IMG/VR virus record: IMGVR_UViG_3300035698_029289
Location: 9,980 to 73,979 of that record
Strand: one strand, 5' to 3'
Source: a virus
Length of the DNA stretch: 64,000 nucleotides
The notes beneath the pieces are model-generated. The model saw nothing but the letters and a program-made list of their open reading frames with translations, did no database searches and was not told the DNA's origin. Position numbers and translations under genes: made by a program. Positions 49,053 through 59,758 of this stretch are shown in pieces (the first letter of the stretch is position 1; every line of letters begins with the position of its first letter).

Positions 49053-52000
49053 ATGCCGAATAACGCTTTACAGGAAGCAACCAGTTTCTTTAGGCGTGGC
49101 GTGGCTACAATAAAGTCTCTTCCGAAAAAGATTAAGAAAGCAGTCGTGCCAAGCCTGGAAAAGTTAGAACGTGACTATCAAAAAGAAGTCGCAAAGGCTT
49201 TTAGTGGTTACAAAAAGCTCAAAGTAAGTTACCCCGGACAAATCGCTCAAAGAGCCTATCAGTTGGCAAGGGCTAGACCAGCAGAGCGTCTTCAAGTCTT
49301 CAAAGGAGTCCCAGAAGCCGCTTGGAAAGGAATAATAAAGCCTTTGGTGAAACCGCTCGGAGAAATTCCTGTTATGCCAGCTGGAGGGTTTTTTCAACCG
49401 CCTCCAACTGAAATTAAAACTACTGGCCCAAAACCTTGGCAATTTAAAGTTACAACCAAGCCAAGAGAAGAACCACCAATTAAATTAAAAGAATTCTTCG
49501 AGCCAAAAGAATATATCGGCGGCAAAGTAGGAAGGGCAATATCAGGAACAATTTACGACATTATCGGTTCTTTAACGCCAGAACACTACATTAGAGCGAT
49601 TCCCAAATTTGGCTATAAAATTTCTCCAAAAGGTGCATTTAAAGGGGCTTTGTCTATGCTTGGCATTTCTCAAATCTTGAAGAAATTGAACACAGGCAAA
49701 GACTTAACTAAAGAAGAGGCGGCTGTAGTTGGAATAATGGGGGCAGTCATTGGAGCGGTGGAACCCCGCCCACTTAGTTCAGCTTCTACCACGGAATTAG
49801 GAGCGGCTCGGAAAAGATTGGCTAAAAATTATGGTTTTGAGTTAAAAGATTTTAGTAATTCGGAGATATTAAAAAGGAAAGCGACAAAGGTTTGGTTAGA
49901 TATTCATCCAGACAGACATCCAGAGAATCCTGCTGCTTATGAAAAACCAATGGCTCAATTCAACCGAGATTTTGAAATCGTTAGTTCTGCTAAACCTCCC
50001 TCTCTCAAGCTACCGAATATTTTAGAGTGGCTCAAAACCCTGTGGAGTAAACCAAAAGCAGGAGAAAAGGCTTTAATAAAGGTTAAGCAACCACCTGTTG
50101 GAATGCCTCCTGTTCCAGTCGGAGCAGGTCCCCTTGTTCCTGTGGGTCCACCACCTCCACCAAGTGCCATAGTTCCGCCCAAACTGCCAATTGGAGAGGG
50201 CAGGATTTCTCCAGCCGAACAGCAACGAATAACCCAAATGAAAATTAGCGAAGCCGAGACTAAGGCAATAGAAGAAATGAAGCCGAAGCTAAGAGTCCGG
50301 GGAGCATTGGAGGGATTGCCACTTGAGGCGGCAATTCCGACACCGCTGGAAGAAGCGATAAGGGCAAAAGAACCTAGAATCAAAATAGAACCAGAACCTT
50401 TGGTAAAAGTTAGGCCACCAGTAGAGAAAGCCCCAGCAATTCCCACAGAACTAGAACCATTTAAATTTCAAGATGTCAACCAAGAGAAAATTATACACAT
50501 GGAGTGGGATAAAGGAAATCCATATCGTCACGATCTTGAAGGTGCTGGAGATATTTTCAGAGAATTAACAAAAAGAAGGTCTGACTTTGGTTATATTACA
50601 GAAAAGGTAAATAGAATTGATAGGCTACTAACCGGCATTGAAACTGGGAAATTACATCCAGATGATAGCTTGGAGGCAGCATTGAAGCAAAATGCTGATA
50701 GATTAAAACAACTTGAAAGTCTTTGGAATAAACAACCAATTACAAACGAGGCACAAGGCGTAGCAAGAGACTTAAATATTGCGTTGATTAAGGGAGATTA
50801 TAAAACCGCAAGAACACTACTTGAACAAATAAAATCTCCAGATTTCTACGCCCAAGTTACTAAAGAAGTAAAACCACCAGTAGAGAAAGTGCCAGGCGTA
50901 TCAATAGATGTAGCTGAACTCGATAGGGCTGTAGCGAAGCTACCGAAAGAACCCGTTGATAATATTATTGCAAAGATTAAGGAAAAACTTGCAGTAGAGA
51001 CTAATTCTCTTGAGGTTTCTGCTCTTCGACAAGAATTAAAGGTGTTTATAGAAGGGAAAAAGATGGGTGCTACCGAATTTCCTAATATGGAATTATCAGC
51101 TGAACTTAACAAGTTAACTCGGGATGGTGTTCCAGTAGCAGAGGCACTAGAAAGGGTTTTATCAAAACCATCAACAGAAGAAGCATTAGGGGTAGCAAAA
51201 GAAGCCAGAATTTTGGCTGAAGCAAGAAAAGAAGTTAAAGAAGAGTTTGGAGCGGGCTATGAATTGAAAACTGGGGGAGAACTACAAAACATTCTAAAAA
51301 GAATGGTTCCTACAAAAGAAGGAGAATGGTCATTGCCTCGAATTATAGATGGAGAACCGGTAAAGTGGGATGAAATCGGCAGAGACTTAGGTTTCCCCGG
51401 CAAGAAGTTTAAGGAAATAGAACTGACAGAGGGAGAAAATGTTGTTGTTGATGCTGATCTCTACAATATGTTTGTTCAACTCAAGGGCGGTCAACCGGGT
51501 GCCAGACCGACAAGAATAAAAGTGAGGAAGCCAAGAATTTCAAAAGCCAGAATCAAGAAGTGGCATGAGAAATTGCCTTCAGAAGCTTTCAAGGTAGTTC
51601 AAAACTACTTGGGTGAAGTTACGGGGGTAGTCGTTGAGCCTAGCAAGAAGGTTAGAGCTAAAATTATTTCACGGGAGCTACAACCAAAGATAAAAGAAGA
51701 AAGAGAGTTTTTGAAAAGCCTCGGGAAAGCCCCTTCTTTGCCAAAGCAAGTTGACAAGATTGCGAGAATGATAAGAAAGGCGACAGATGATGCTCTCAAA
51801 AAGAAGATTGCCACTAGAACCACAGAAGCGGGCAATGAGGTTCCAATAATAAGAGGCGGTCAAACTATAGGTCGAGAGTTAGTTGATGATGCGAGCAAAC
51901 TAAAAGACATTCGTTCAATAGAAAAAATTGGTGTTGATTATGAGCGGAATTTCGAGAAAGTGTTTGGGGATAGAATAGGATTGGTAAAGAGAGAAATCCT

Positions 52001-54746
52001 TAATCCTTATCTTGATGCTAAAACTGAGAGGTCGGACTTTGAAGCAATGAAAAGAGAAGAGTTAACGGAAAAAATTGTTGAGAAATATGGTATCCGCAAG
52101 GGGTCGAAAGAATCGGCGGCAGTCCAGGCATATGGAGAAAAAGAGATGAGCCTGGAAGATTTGCAGAAAGGGTTCCCCGAAAAATGGGAAGGCATTGTTA
52201 AGGCGGATGAATGGTTTAGAAAAGAATATGACGCACTTCTTCTAAAAGTCAACAAGATTAGGGTGCAAATAGGGAAAAAACCAATCGAGGCACGAGAGGA
52301 TTATTATCGTCACTTTTGGGAACTATCTGGCTTTGAGGGGTTTGTCAATGTTTTCAGACAAAGCTATGAAGTCGATCCTCTCTTGGTCGGTGTTTCCGAG
52401 TATACCCAACCCATTAGCCGCTGGTTGTCTTTCGCCCAGCGACGATTCGGAATCGGCGGTTATAAAATGGATGCCATCGGCGGCTATCTTAATTATCTCA
52501 AGCCGGCAAGTTATGCCATTTATATCGATCCTCATATCGGGAAATTTAGGGCATTGAAAGATGCATTAGCGGAACAGACAAAAGACACCAAACACTTGAA
52601 CAACTTTATTTGGTTTTTGAATCAATATGCCAATGGGTTGGCAGGTAAAACTAATGCCCTTGATCGCCCTATCAACGATATCTTGGGGCGGAAGTTGAGC
52701 ATTTTGGTTAGAGGTTTAAATCGACGAATTAAAAACAATATCATCTTGGGGAACCTTAGTCCACAATTGGCTCAAGTTCTTAACCTTCCTCAGTCATTGG
52801 CGACTGCTGGAGTGAAAAATAATATGGCAGCAAGTTGGGAGGCGATCACAAATGGCATTGTTAGGGAAAAAGGGAAAGACTTTGTTTTTGAAAACTCGGG
52901 GTTCATACGCGAAAGAAGTCGGGCATATAAGAAATTCGATCCCACTTTATTTGAGAAACCGAGTCAACTTGCTGGATGGATTGGCAGGACACTAGAAGAA
53001 CTTACCACACGAATTACTTGGGGAGCCCAATTTAGAAGTGCTATTGAAAGGGGGCTGGACAAAGAAGAGGCAATCCGTTTTGCGGAAAGAGAAACAAAGA
53101 GAGTAATGGCTGGACGGTTAGTCGGAGATTTGCCGATTGCCTATCAATCCCAATATCTTGGCAATATGGCTTTAGCTTTTCAACTTGAGGTTGGCAATGC
53201 AATTCTTTATTACAAGGATATTGTTTCAGAGCAAATTCCTTTTACTAAAGGTTGGAAAAAAGTTCTTGGAACTCTTGTCAAATTAATGGTTTGGTCATGG
53301 GCATTTAATGCAGTATTTAAGAGGATGCGTGGGAATAAGCCACTTTTAGACCCAATAGATGCTGTTACTGATGCTCTTTTCGAAGAAGACATGACTGCTC
53401 TTGAAAGAGGAGGAAGGCTGGTTGGTGAATTCCTTGCAAATGTTCCGGGCGGACACTACCTTGCTCGACTTTATCCCGAGGAAGGAATTATGATACCGAC
53501 AGCAATAGAAGAAGAACCGATTCGTTTGCCGACCAGAAGAGCATTGTTCGGAAGAGAATTTGCGGGAAGATGGGGGGTTCCACCCGTTATTTCCGGCCTG
53601 ACTAGGCCCGAATTGATTATCCCTCAGGTGGGAGGAGCTCAAATCAAAAAAACATGGGACGCTTGGCAGGCAGTCAAGCGCGGAGCTTCCGTCACTGCTA
53701 CTGGTAGGGAAAGATTTCCCATTGAAGGCCTTGCTGATAAAATCCAAGCCCTTCTTTTCGGACAATATTCAATCCCAGAAGCGCAAGAATATTTTGATGA
53801 ACTGGAGAAAATTGATAGGCTCAAAAGACAAGAAATTAGCGAACGTATGGATGAGGCTGCTACTGCCATGGCTTTTATCAGAGATTACCAACGAGTGGCA
53901 ACTCCGGAAGAACGATTAAAGATTTTCAATGATTATAAAAGCAAGGGATTGCTTAATGAAAGAGTTGAAGCAAGAATCAAGCGATATGTAAAGGAACAAA
54001 GGAAGGAAATCGGAGTAACCGAGGCAAGCCTGAAAACAATGTCAGTAAGAAAAAGGGCAAGATATATAATCAATGCGCTAACAGATATGAAAACTAGCCA
54101 AGAGAGAGAGACATATCTGGGACAATTACATAGACAAGGACTTTTGAGCGCTAACGTCAAAAAAGAAATCAACTTGATTATAGAGGAAGAAGGATTTCCC
54201 AAGCCTCCTGGAATGATAAAACAAATCCTTGACTTCATTTCTAAAAAAGTGAAGGGGGTAGAAGAAGAACCCGAAATTCTCGAACCGGAAGCCGCTATTA
54301 CTGAAGAACCTGATCTTGCCGAACAAGCAAGAGTCGCTGACAGAATCAGAATTATTTATCAACTATACAAACAGGGTTTTTCGCCCGAGCAGATTGAGAA
54401 AGCTCTTTTGTCCAAACCGGATAGCGATTGGACAAGTAAAGAAATCAATCAGTATCTTGGGGCATTGGGATTGAGAACAAAACTTCCCTTGACAATTAGA
54501 GGAAAATCCAAGAAAATAAAAGTGTCTCAGAAGTTATTGACGGCAGCCGGGAAAATGCCCAAATGGGTAGAGCGTACAGCAATAAAAATCCCGGGGATTG
54601 TTGATGTCGCCGAAGAAATCGGCGGTTTGAAGCTTAAAGCACCAACAGGAATAAAAATAAGAGGGCTACCATCTCCCAAAGGGGCATACTCTTTGAGGTT
54701 GCCGGCCGTCAAACCTGGACTCGGCGTGAGGAAACTATCAATATGA
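49053..54746 (+). CDS. giant internal virion (ejection/polyvalent) protein, 1897 aa
   Basis: size, position, helical C-terminal half; embedded HPD J-like segment. Confidence 0.75.
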   Translation: MPNNALQEATSFFRRGVATIKSLPKKIKKAVVPSLEKLERDYQKEVAKAFSGYKKLKVSYPGQIAQRAYQLARARPAERLQVFKGVPEAAWKGIIKPLVKPLGEIPVMPAGGFFQPPPTEIKTTGPKPWQFKVTTKPREEPPIKLKEFFEPKEYIGGKVGRAISGTIYDIIGSLTPEHYIRAIPKFGYKISPKGAFKGALSMLGISQILKKLNTGKDLTKEEAAVVGIMGAVIGAVEPRPLSSASTTELGAARKRLAKNYGFELKDFSNSEILKRKATKVWLDIHPDRHPENPAAYEKPMAQFNRDFEIVSSAKPPSLKLPNILEWLKTLWSKPKAGEKALIKVKQPPVGMPPVPVGAGPLVPVGPPPPPSAIVPPKLPIGEGRISPAEQQRITQMKISEAETKAIEEMKPKLRVRGALEGLPLEAAIPTPLEEAIRAKEPRIKIEPEPLVKVRPPVEKAPAIPTELEPFKFQDVNQEKIIHMEWDKGNPYRHDLEGAGDIFRELTKRRSDFGYITEKVNRIDRLLTGIETGKLHPDDSLEAALKQNADRLKQLESLWNKQPITNEAQGVARDLNIALIKGDYKTARTLLEQIKSPDFYAQVTKEVKPPVEKVPGVSIDVAELDRAVAKLPKEPVDNIIAKIKEKLAVETNSLEVSALRQELKVFIEGKKMGATEFPNMELSAELNKLTRDGVPVAEALERVLSKPSTEEALGVAKEARILAEARKEVKEEFGAGYELKTGGELQNILKRMVPTKEGEWSLPRIIDGEPVKWDEIGRDLGFPGKKFKEIELTEGENVVVDADLYNMFVQLKGGQPGARPTRIKVRKPRISKARIKKWHEKLPSEAFKVVQNYLGEVTGVVVEPSKKVRAKIISRELQPKIKEEREFLKSLGKAPSLPKQVDKIARMIRKATDDALKKKIATRTTEAGNEVPIIRGGQTIGRELVDDASKLKDIRSIEKIGVDYERNFEKVFGDRIGLVKREILNPYLDAKTERSDFEAMKREELTEKIVEKYGIRKGSKESAAVQAYGEKEMSLEDLQKGFPEKWEGIVKADEWFRKEYDALLLKVNKIRVQIGKKPIEAREDYYRHFWELSGFEGFVNVFRQSYEVDPLLVGVSEYTQPISRWLSFAQRRFGIGGYKMDAIGGYLNYLKPASYAIYIDPHIGKFRALKDALAEQTKDTKHLNNFIWFLNQYANGLAGKTNALDRPINDILGRKLSILVRGLNRRIKNNIILGNLSPQLAQVLNLPQSLATAGVKNNMAASWEAITNGIVREKGKDFVFENSGFIRERSRAYKKFDPTLFEKPSQLAGWIGRTLEELTTRITWGAQFRSAIERGLDKEEAIRFAERETKRVMAGRLVGDLPIAYQSQYLGNMALAFQLEVGNAILYYKDIVSEQIPFTKGWKKVLGTLVKLMVWSWAFNAVFKRMRGNKPLLDPIDAVTDALFEEDMTALERGGRLVGEFLANVPGGHYLARLYPEEGIMIPTAIEEEPIRLPTRRALFGREFAGRWGVPPVISGLTRPELIIPQVGGAQIKKTWDAWQAVKRGASVTATGRERFPIEGLADKIQALLFGQYSIPEAQEYFDELEKIDRLKRQEISERMDEAATAMAFIRDYQRVATPEERLKIFNDYKSKGLLNERVEARIKRYVKEQRKEIGVTEASLKTMSVRKRARYIINALTDMKTSQERETYLGQLHRQGLLSANVKKEINLIIEEEGFPKPPGMIKQILDFISKKVKGVEEEPEILEPEAAITEEPDLAEQARVADRIRIIYQLYKQGFSPEQIEKALLSKPDSDWTSKEINQYLGALGLRTKLPLTIRGKSKKIKVSQKLLTAAGKMPKWVERTAIKIPGIVDVAEEIGGLKLKAPTGIKIRGLPSPKGAYSLRLPAVKPGLGVRKLSI

Positions 54747-55474
54747 AAAATTGGGGAAGTGCTTTATCACAGGCTTGGCAAGCTTTTCAGAAATTTATAC
54801 AACCAGAGCTAATTAGTCCCTTGGCTCCGCCTGAATTTACTGGGAGAAAAGAAACTCCGACACCTACTCCAACTCGAATGTCCATGGAAGAAGCCGTAGA
54901 ACACATGAAGAGAGGGGGGTGGAGAGAAGTCGGGCAACCAACTCCCACAGTTACTCCCACTCCTACTCCTCCTGCTCGTCCTGCTCCCGCTGTTTCTCCG
55001 GGAACACCTTTTTTGGGTTTCCCGACACCAGAAAAAGGAGCGGCCACCATCATGCCTCTTGCTCAATCAGCCGAAGAAAGAAGGGCAGGGGAGGTAGGAA
55101 AAGAACCTGTCCATGGATTGGCTAGTGCTTTAGCTGGCATTTTCGGGCAGGAAAGTTCATTCGGGACTGATATCGGTGCTATGAAAAGACAATATGGCGA
55201 CGTGGGTCCTTTTCAAATCAGCGAAGTTTTCACCAAGCCAGGACAAGGCGCTCACGGGTTGTATATCCCCAGCGAAGAACGACGGCAATTCATGCCTTCT
55301 TTCGAATTTGCTGACGAGGCGATCAGCACCTATTATCGAGTTAACAGGAAAAAAGGAATGGAACCCCAAGAAGCTCTCAATGAAGCAATCATCCAATGGA
55401 ACGGTCAAAGAGTTTACTTGGAATTAGTCCAGAAAAGGCTTGACTATTTGAGGAAATTAGGAATGATTGAATAG
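54743..55474 (+). CDS. lysozyme-fold (SLT-like) virion muramidase with PT linker
   Basis: QESSFG, GPFQI, AIIQWNG. Confidence 0.7.
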   Translation: MKNWGSALSQAWQAFQKFIQPELISPLAPPEFTGRKETPTPTPTRMSMEEAVEHMKRGGWREVGQPTPTVTPTPTPPARPAPAVSPGTPFLGFPTPEKGAATIMPLAQSAEERRAGEVGKEPVHGLASALAGIFGQESSFGTDIGAMKRQYGDVGPFQISEVFTKPGQGAHGLYIPSEERRQFMPSFEFADEAISTYYRVNRKKGMEPQEALNEAIIQWNGQRVYLELVQKRLDYLRKLGMIE

Positions 55475-55501
55475 TTGTTGTATAATGACAAAGCTAAAGC
55501 A

Positions 55502-56515
55502 ATGAAAGATAAATTCAACCAGTTTGTTGATAATCTGAATGGACAATTTGTAGAGGTTTCTTACAAAAAAGCCTTGTATCAATGTATGGATTTGGTTTAT
55601 AATTGGGCTTTTTGCTTAGGTTTTCCCAAGGCCACCATTCAACACCTCTATGCTTATCAGGCCTATACTAATCCAATTGATTTGACTAAGGAATACTTCG
55701 ATTTAATCCCTAACACTCCCAATGCCATTCCTCAAGATGGGGATATCGTAGTTTGGAACAAAACATCATCAAATATCGCTGGGCATATTGCGATTGCTTT
55801 AAGTGGCGGGACAACTAATTCTTTTATGTGTTTTGAACAAAACAATCCTTTAGGAACAAATGCTCATATTCAATCATGGAGATACACTAATGTTTTGGGC
55901 TGGCTAAGACCAAAGAAAGTCGAAAGTTCACAAGAGGTTTTAGACAAAGTTAGGAGAGAGAGAGATGAAAACTGGGATTTATATCAAGGGGCTTTAAAAG
56001 AAGTCGAAAAACATAAAGAAATTGGTGAAGACTGGAGACGAAAATATGAAAAAGAAAAAGCAGAAAGGGAAAGTTATGATAAATTTATTCAGCGATTATC
56101 CGAAAAGCTTGGTTCAGAGTGCCCCGCCAAAATGCAAGATATAGAAGGGCATGTTCAAGCTCTTATTGAAAAGGAAGACGGAGAGACAACGATTAAAAAA
56201 GAGTTTAAGGCTTACCAGAACAATGTTTCTGCATTCTTTAAGGAATTGGGTACTATCCTTACTGCTCTTCCCCAACAGAAACCCCTTAAAGAGGCACTAA
56301 TGGCTTTGGTAGCCTTAAAAATTAAAGAAAAAAAAGAATTAGAAGCACTTCGGATAGAGAATTTGGCTCAAAAAGCAACTATTGAAGTGTATAAAACGAA
56401 AAAAGAAATTACTATTATTACATTGTTACAAATGCGCTTAGAAAAAACTTTAGAATGGTTGCAAATACGTTTAGAAAAAATTTTCGGGATTTTCGAGAAG
56501 GGAGGTGAAAAATAA
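55502..56515 (+). CDS. endolysin, CHAP domain + coiled-coil tail
   Basis: QCMDL, PQDGDIVVW, GHIAI, FEQN, LGWLRPK. Confidence 0.9.
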   Translation: MKDKFNQFVDNLNGQFVEVSYKKALYQCMDLVYNWAFCLGFPKATIQHLYAYQAYTNPIDLTKEYFDLIPNTPNAIPQDGDIVVWNKTSSNIAGHIAIALSGGTTNSFMCFEQNNPLGTNAHIQSWRYTNVLGWLRPKKVESSQEVLDKVRRERDENWDLYQGALKEVEKHKEIGEDWRRKYEKEKAERESYDKFIQRLSEKLGSECPAKMQDIEGHVQALIEKEDGETTIKKEFKAYQNNVSAFFKELGTILTALPQQKPLKEALMALVALKIKEKKELEALRIENLAQKATIEVYKTKKEITIITLLQMRLEKTLEWLQIRLEKIFGIFEKGGEK

Positions 56516-56727
56516 TGAATAAAATAAAAGAAGTATTTCAGCGATTTTGGAGCACTTTGCCTCACGAATTAAAAGTCTCTTCGTATTTAATTGTGTCTTA
56601 TCTTTTATCCGACCTTGCTTCTCCTCTTTTAGGAAAACTTGATGGTCGAGTCGCATTGGGGCTTGCCAACTTAGTTTTGGTTTGTGGTGTTGAAATGAGG
56701 AAAAGAATTAACTCAAAAAATAAGTAA
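56515..56727 (+). CDS. holin-like membrane protein
   Basis: two hydrophobic segments directly after the lysin. Confidence 0.6.
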   Translation: MNKIKEVFQRFWSTLPHELKVSSYLIVSYLLSDLASPLLGKLDGRVALGLANLVLVCGVEMRKRINSKNK

Positions 56728-56759
56728 GAGAAAGAAAACAGATTTTCTAAATAACTATA

Positions 56760-56793
56760 GCCTCAGTGTTATCTTTTGAGGTGTTTTTTTGTT
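56760..56793 (+). terminator. end-of-late-operon terminator
   Basis: CCTCA...TGAGG followed by TGTTTTTTT at the convergent junction. Confidence 0.5.
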
Positions 56794-56805
56794 CTTGGTG
56801 TTGTT

Positions 56806-57156
56806 TCATTTCTCTAATTTTTCCTTTACTGGTTGCCAGAGAGCATCTACGAGCTCTTTTTTTTCAACCTCAAATAATTTAACTATTGGTTCACCCTTTT
56901 CATCCTTGGTGCTATAGCCACCCAAAACTCTATAAAGTGGATGGTTCTTTATTTCAATTTTACCCAGATTTTCACCTAAAAACTCTATCATCTGACCGAT
57001 GGAGAGGAGGGGGTCTGTCCCATACATAAAACCATACTTCCCAACATCTGTGTCCCAGACCATATAGTAGCCGACTTTTTCAATCCATTCCTTTAATCGT
57101 CTATGGCCCTTCTCACTCAATTCATTTAGTTGTTTAAGTGTTATTGTTTGCTTCAT
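56806..57156 (-). CDS. hypothetical protein, paralog of 3028..3411
   Basis: MKQTITLKQLNELSEKG...LSIGQMIEFL...ELVDALW. Confidence 0.7.
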   Translation of the reverse strand: MKQTITLKQLNELSEKGHRRLKEWIEKVGYYMVWDTDVGKYGFMYGTDPLLSIGQMIEFLGENLGKIEIKNHPLYRVLGGYSTKDEKGEPIVKLFEVEKKELVDALWQPVKEKLEK

Positions 57157-58313
57157 GGCTTCCAAATTTTCACCACATCTCCGAAGGGTACTTCTACCTC
57201 ATAATCATATCCAGCCTCGCAAGGCACCAACCACAGCACGGGATAATCCGGTTCTTGCTCGGGGAATAATGTTTCAAGGTCCGTAAAAGCAATTAAAAGT
57301 TTAGGATTCAATCCTCTTTTTTTGACTTCTTCGAATACCGGTGAATGGTCAGTCCCACCTCCCCCAATAAATCTCGGCAAAGTCTCTGTCTTCTCGATTC
57401 TGCCGAAATCTTGAACCTTGGCGTCACAAACAATATAATAGCCATTCAGATTGGGAAAGGCTTCGAGCAAAGATTTGAATTCTTCATAAAACTTAGTAAG
57501 AGTTTGAGGTTGAATGCTTCCCGAGCTATCATAGGCGACTACCACATCTTTCAAATCGTCTTGGCTGTAAGTGCCGGGTAGAATGAAGTCGCTCTCCAAA
57601 AATCTCCTGTCCCGCACAGAAAAGGTGTAGTCTTTGTCTGACGCCGAGAGATAATATTTGAGCAAATCCTTCCAATTTGTTTCGGGAATGAAGATAAATT
57701 CTTCAAGTTTGCGCAAGAGAGTATCCGGCAAATCTCCTCTATGTCTGTTCAGGGCGTCTTTGATATTTTTTTCCCATTCCTTTTTTGATTTCTTTGGCTT
57801 TCCCTGTGTTTTTTTCTTTCCCTGAAGTTTCTCTTTTATCTTTTCAAGAAGCCCACCCTGTCCCTTCTTCTGTTGGTTTTTCCAATACTTGTGGTTGCCC
57901 CATCCCTGTTGTTTTCTTTTGCTCTTCGGCAACATGTCATAAATTGTTTCCGCCGACAACCCATAATATTTTCTCTTTAACAACACTCCTTTGGGAAGCT
58001 GATAACCATAATCTACTTTAATCAAGGGGTTGATGGCGAGATCCGTGGCAATATTCCACTTCAAGTGTTCTTTTTTCTTTTTGCGGTAAAGATGAAGGAA
58101 AACACAATGCAAGATTTCATGAATCAAAACTCCTTTTGTTTCTTCTGCGGATATCTTTTCAAGCCAAGCCGGATTGTAGAAGAGGTGAGTACCATCTGTT
58201 CCCATAGTCCCCGCCTCTTTTTTCTCAACAAGTTCCAAGTTGTCCAATAAGTCAATAAAGAAAGGTTCTTCTTTTTCTAGCTCCTTAATGGCTTTTGAAA
58301 GCTTTTTATTCAT
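57153..58313 (-). CDS. DUF2201-like metallopeptidase + VWA domain protein
   Basis: HEILH, WNIATD, DSSGS (MIDAS), GGGTD, FTD. Confidence 0.9.
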   Translation of the reverse strand: MNKKLSKAIKELEKEEPFFIDLLDNLELVEKKEAGTMGTDGTHLFYNPAWLEKISAEETKGVLIHEILHCVFLHLYRKKKKEHLKWNIATDLAINPLIKVDYGYQLPKGVLLKRKYYGLSAETIYDMLPKSKRKQQGWGNHKYWKNQQKKGQGGLLEKIKEKLQGKKKTQGKPKKSKKEWEKNIKDALNRHRGDLPDTLLRKLEEFIFIPETNWKDLLKYYLSASDKDYTFSVRDRRFLESDFILPGTYSQDDLKDVVVAYDSSGSIQPQTLTKFYEEFKSLLEAFPNLNGYYIVCDAKVQDFGRIEKTETLPRFIGGGGTDHSPVFEEVKKRGLNPKLLIAFTDLETLFPEQEPDYPVLWLVPCEAGYDYEVEVPFGDVVKIWKP

Positions 58314-59376
58314 TCTCTTCTTCGGTTGCTGATACCATCATTTTTTCTTCTTCGCTCATTTGGTTTTCCAATCTCTTGAGAGAACCGAATGGCAATTGTG
58401 TTTTGCTCGCCCACTCAATGATGCTTGTCCGGATGGAGGGATCTTTAGGGAGTTTGAAAGATTCACCTTTTTTGATTTTCCTCATAATGGTTTTAACGGA
58501 AACAAGCTCGTCATTGAAAGTCACCACTGCAAATTCATGGGCGACTGAAGGGCCGATTGCCGTTGAAAGCAACCTTTCAACAATGGCCTTTTTATTTTTC
58601 CCTTTAATTAAGTCAGACGCAAAAGTCCACGATCTAGGACTGGGGAAAATCTTTTGTTTCCCTCTCGGCATTCGGAACAAGAAGCGCGGCCTTGCCATAA
58701 GAAATTCAATTATTCTTTTATCAACTCCGTTTTTCTTTGCCCACCTTTTCCACACTTCAACACTAGGCTTGACTTCAATGTGAATGAATCTGTTTGCAAG
58801 CGGTGCAGGGAGTCGGTAAACCGTGGTTGATTCGCCCTCCCTATTGCCTGCTGCTACCATTCGCCACCTTTTGGGGAAGTTATAACTACCGAGTCTTTTG
58901 TCCAAAATCAATTCAAAAGCAGCTGCTTGGACTGAGAGAGAAGCGTTGTTGATTTCGTCAAGAAACAAAATGCCCCTAGCATTGCCATTGGGAAGAAATT
59001 CGGGAGGAATCCACCGCGCAAGATTCTTTTTCCTGTCGACAATCGGCAAGCCGCGCAAGTCTACAGGATTAAGTTGGGAGAGCCTCAAATCAATCACTTT
59101 CCATCCGAGTTCTTTCGCCACCTGTGTAACGGAATCTGATTTTCCTATTCCCGGCGGTCCCCAAAGAAAAGGAACAACATTTGACTTTGGCAGGAAGTCC
59201 TTGAGGAAAACCTTTACTTCGTCAATGTTCCAAGACAAGGTGGCTTTTCTCGATCGCAAGGAAGATTCTTTTGCTACGGATCCAGGATTATAAATAGGAC
59301 CAGAAGTTATGGATACCCCAGAGGTCCCACTCCCAATAATTCTCCCATGAGGAAGATCTTTAAGGTTTCTTTTCAT
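58306..59376 (-). CDS. MoxR-family AAA+ ATPase
   Basis: GPPGIGKS, DLRGLP, LFLDEIN, AAGN, LANRF, PSPRSW. Confidence 0.92.
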   Translation of the reverse strand: MKRNLKDLPHGRIIGSGTSGVSITSGPIYNPGSVAKESSLRSRKATLSWNIDEVKVFLKDFLPKSNVVPFLWGPPGIGKSDSVTQVAKELGWKVIDLRLSQLNPVDLRGLPIVDRKKNLARWIPPEFLPNGNARGILFLDEINNASLSVQAAAFELILDKRLGSYNFPKRWRMVAAGNREGESTTVYRLPAPLANRFIHIEVKPSVEVWKRWAKKNGVDKRIIEFLMARPRFLFRMPRGKQKIFPSPRSWTFASDLIKGKNKKAIVERLLSTAIGPSVAHEFAVVTFNDELVSVKTIMRKIKKGESFKLPKDPSIRTSIIEWASKTQLPFGSLKRLENQMSEEEKMMVSATEEENE

Positions 59377-59758
59377 TTTCTTTCCTCTTTTTCGGCTCTT
59401 CATTCTCTTCCCTTTCTTCCCTAGGACTACCAAGCAAAATCATATTCTCGGCAACAATTTCGGTGCTCACTCTTTCTTGACCATCAGAATCGGTGTATTT
59501 TCTTGTTTGAAGTCTTCCTTCTATGAAGACCATTTTCCCTTTCTTGAGAAATTGGCCGAAGATTTCCGCCAACTTACTCCAAGCGATAATCCTGTGAAAC
59601 TGGACTTCTTCTTTCTTTTCACCGGAAGCAAGAGTCCATTCCCTGTTCGTAGCAACAACAACACTACAGAAAGGAGTATTGTTGGTGGTTCTTTTCAACT
59701 CCACATCTGCTACCACATTGCCGATTAGCATGACGAGATTTAATGAGCGAGAGGCCAT
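59360..59758 (-). CDS. ssb: single-stranded DNA-binding protein
   Basis: MASRSLNLVMLIGN...VATN...EGRLQTRKY...TEIVA. Confidence 0.93.
   Translation of the reverse strand: MASRSLNLVMLIGNVVADVELKRTTNNTPFCSVVVATNREWTLASGEKKEEVQFHRIIAWSKLAEIFGQFLKKGKMVFIEGRLQTRKYTDSDGQERVSTEIVAENMILLGSPREEREENEEPKKRKENEKKP

Noticed and set aside
49053-54746. Tape measure protein or virion RNA polymerase
   Set aside because: No tail tube or chaperone genes, and no RNAP catalytic motifs recognised.
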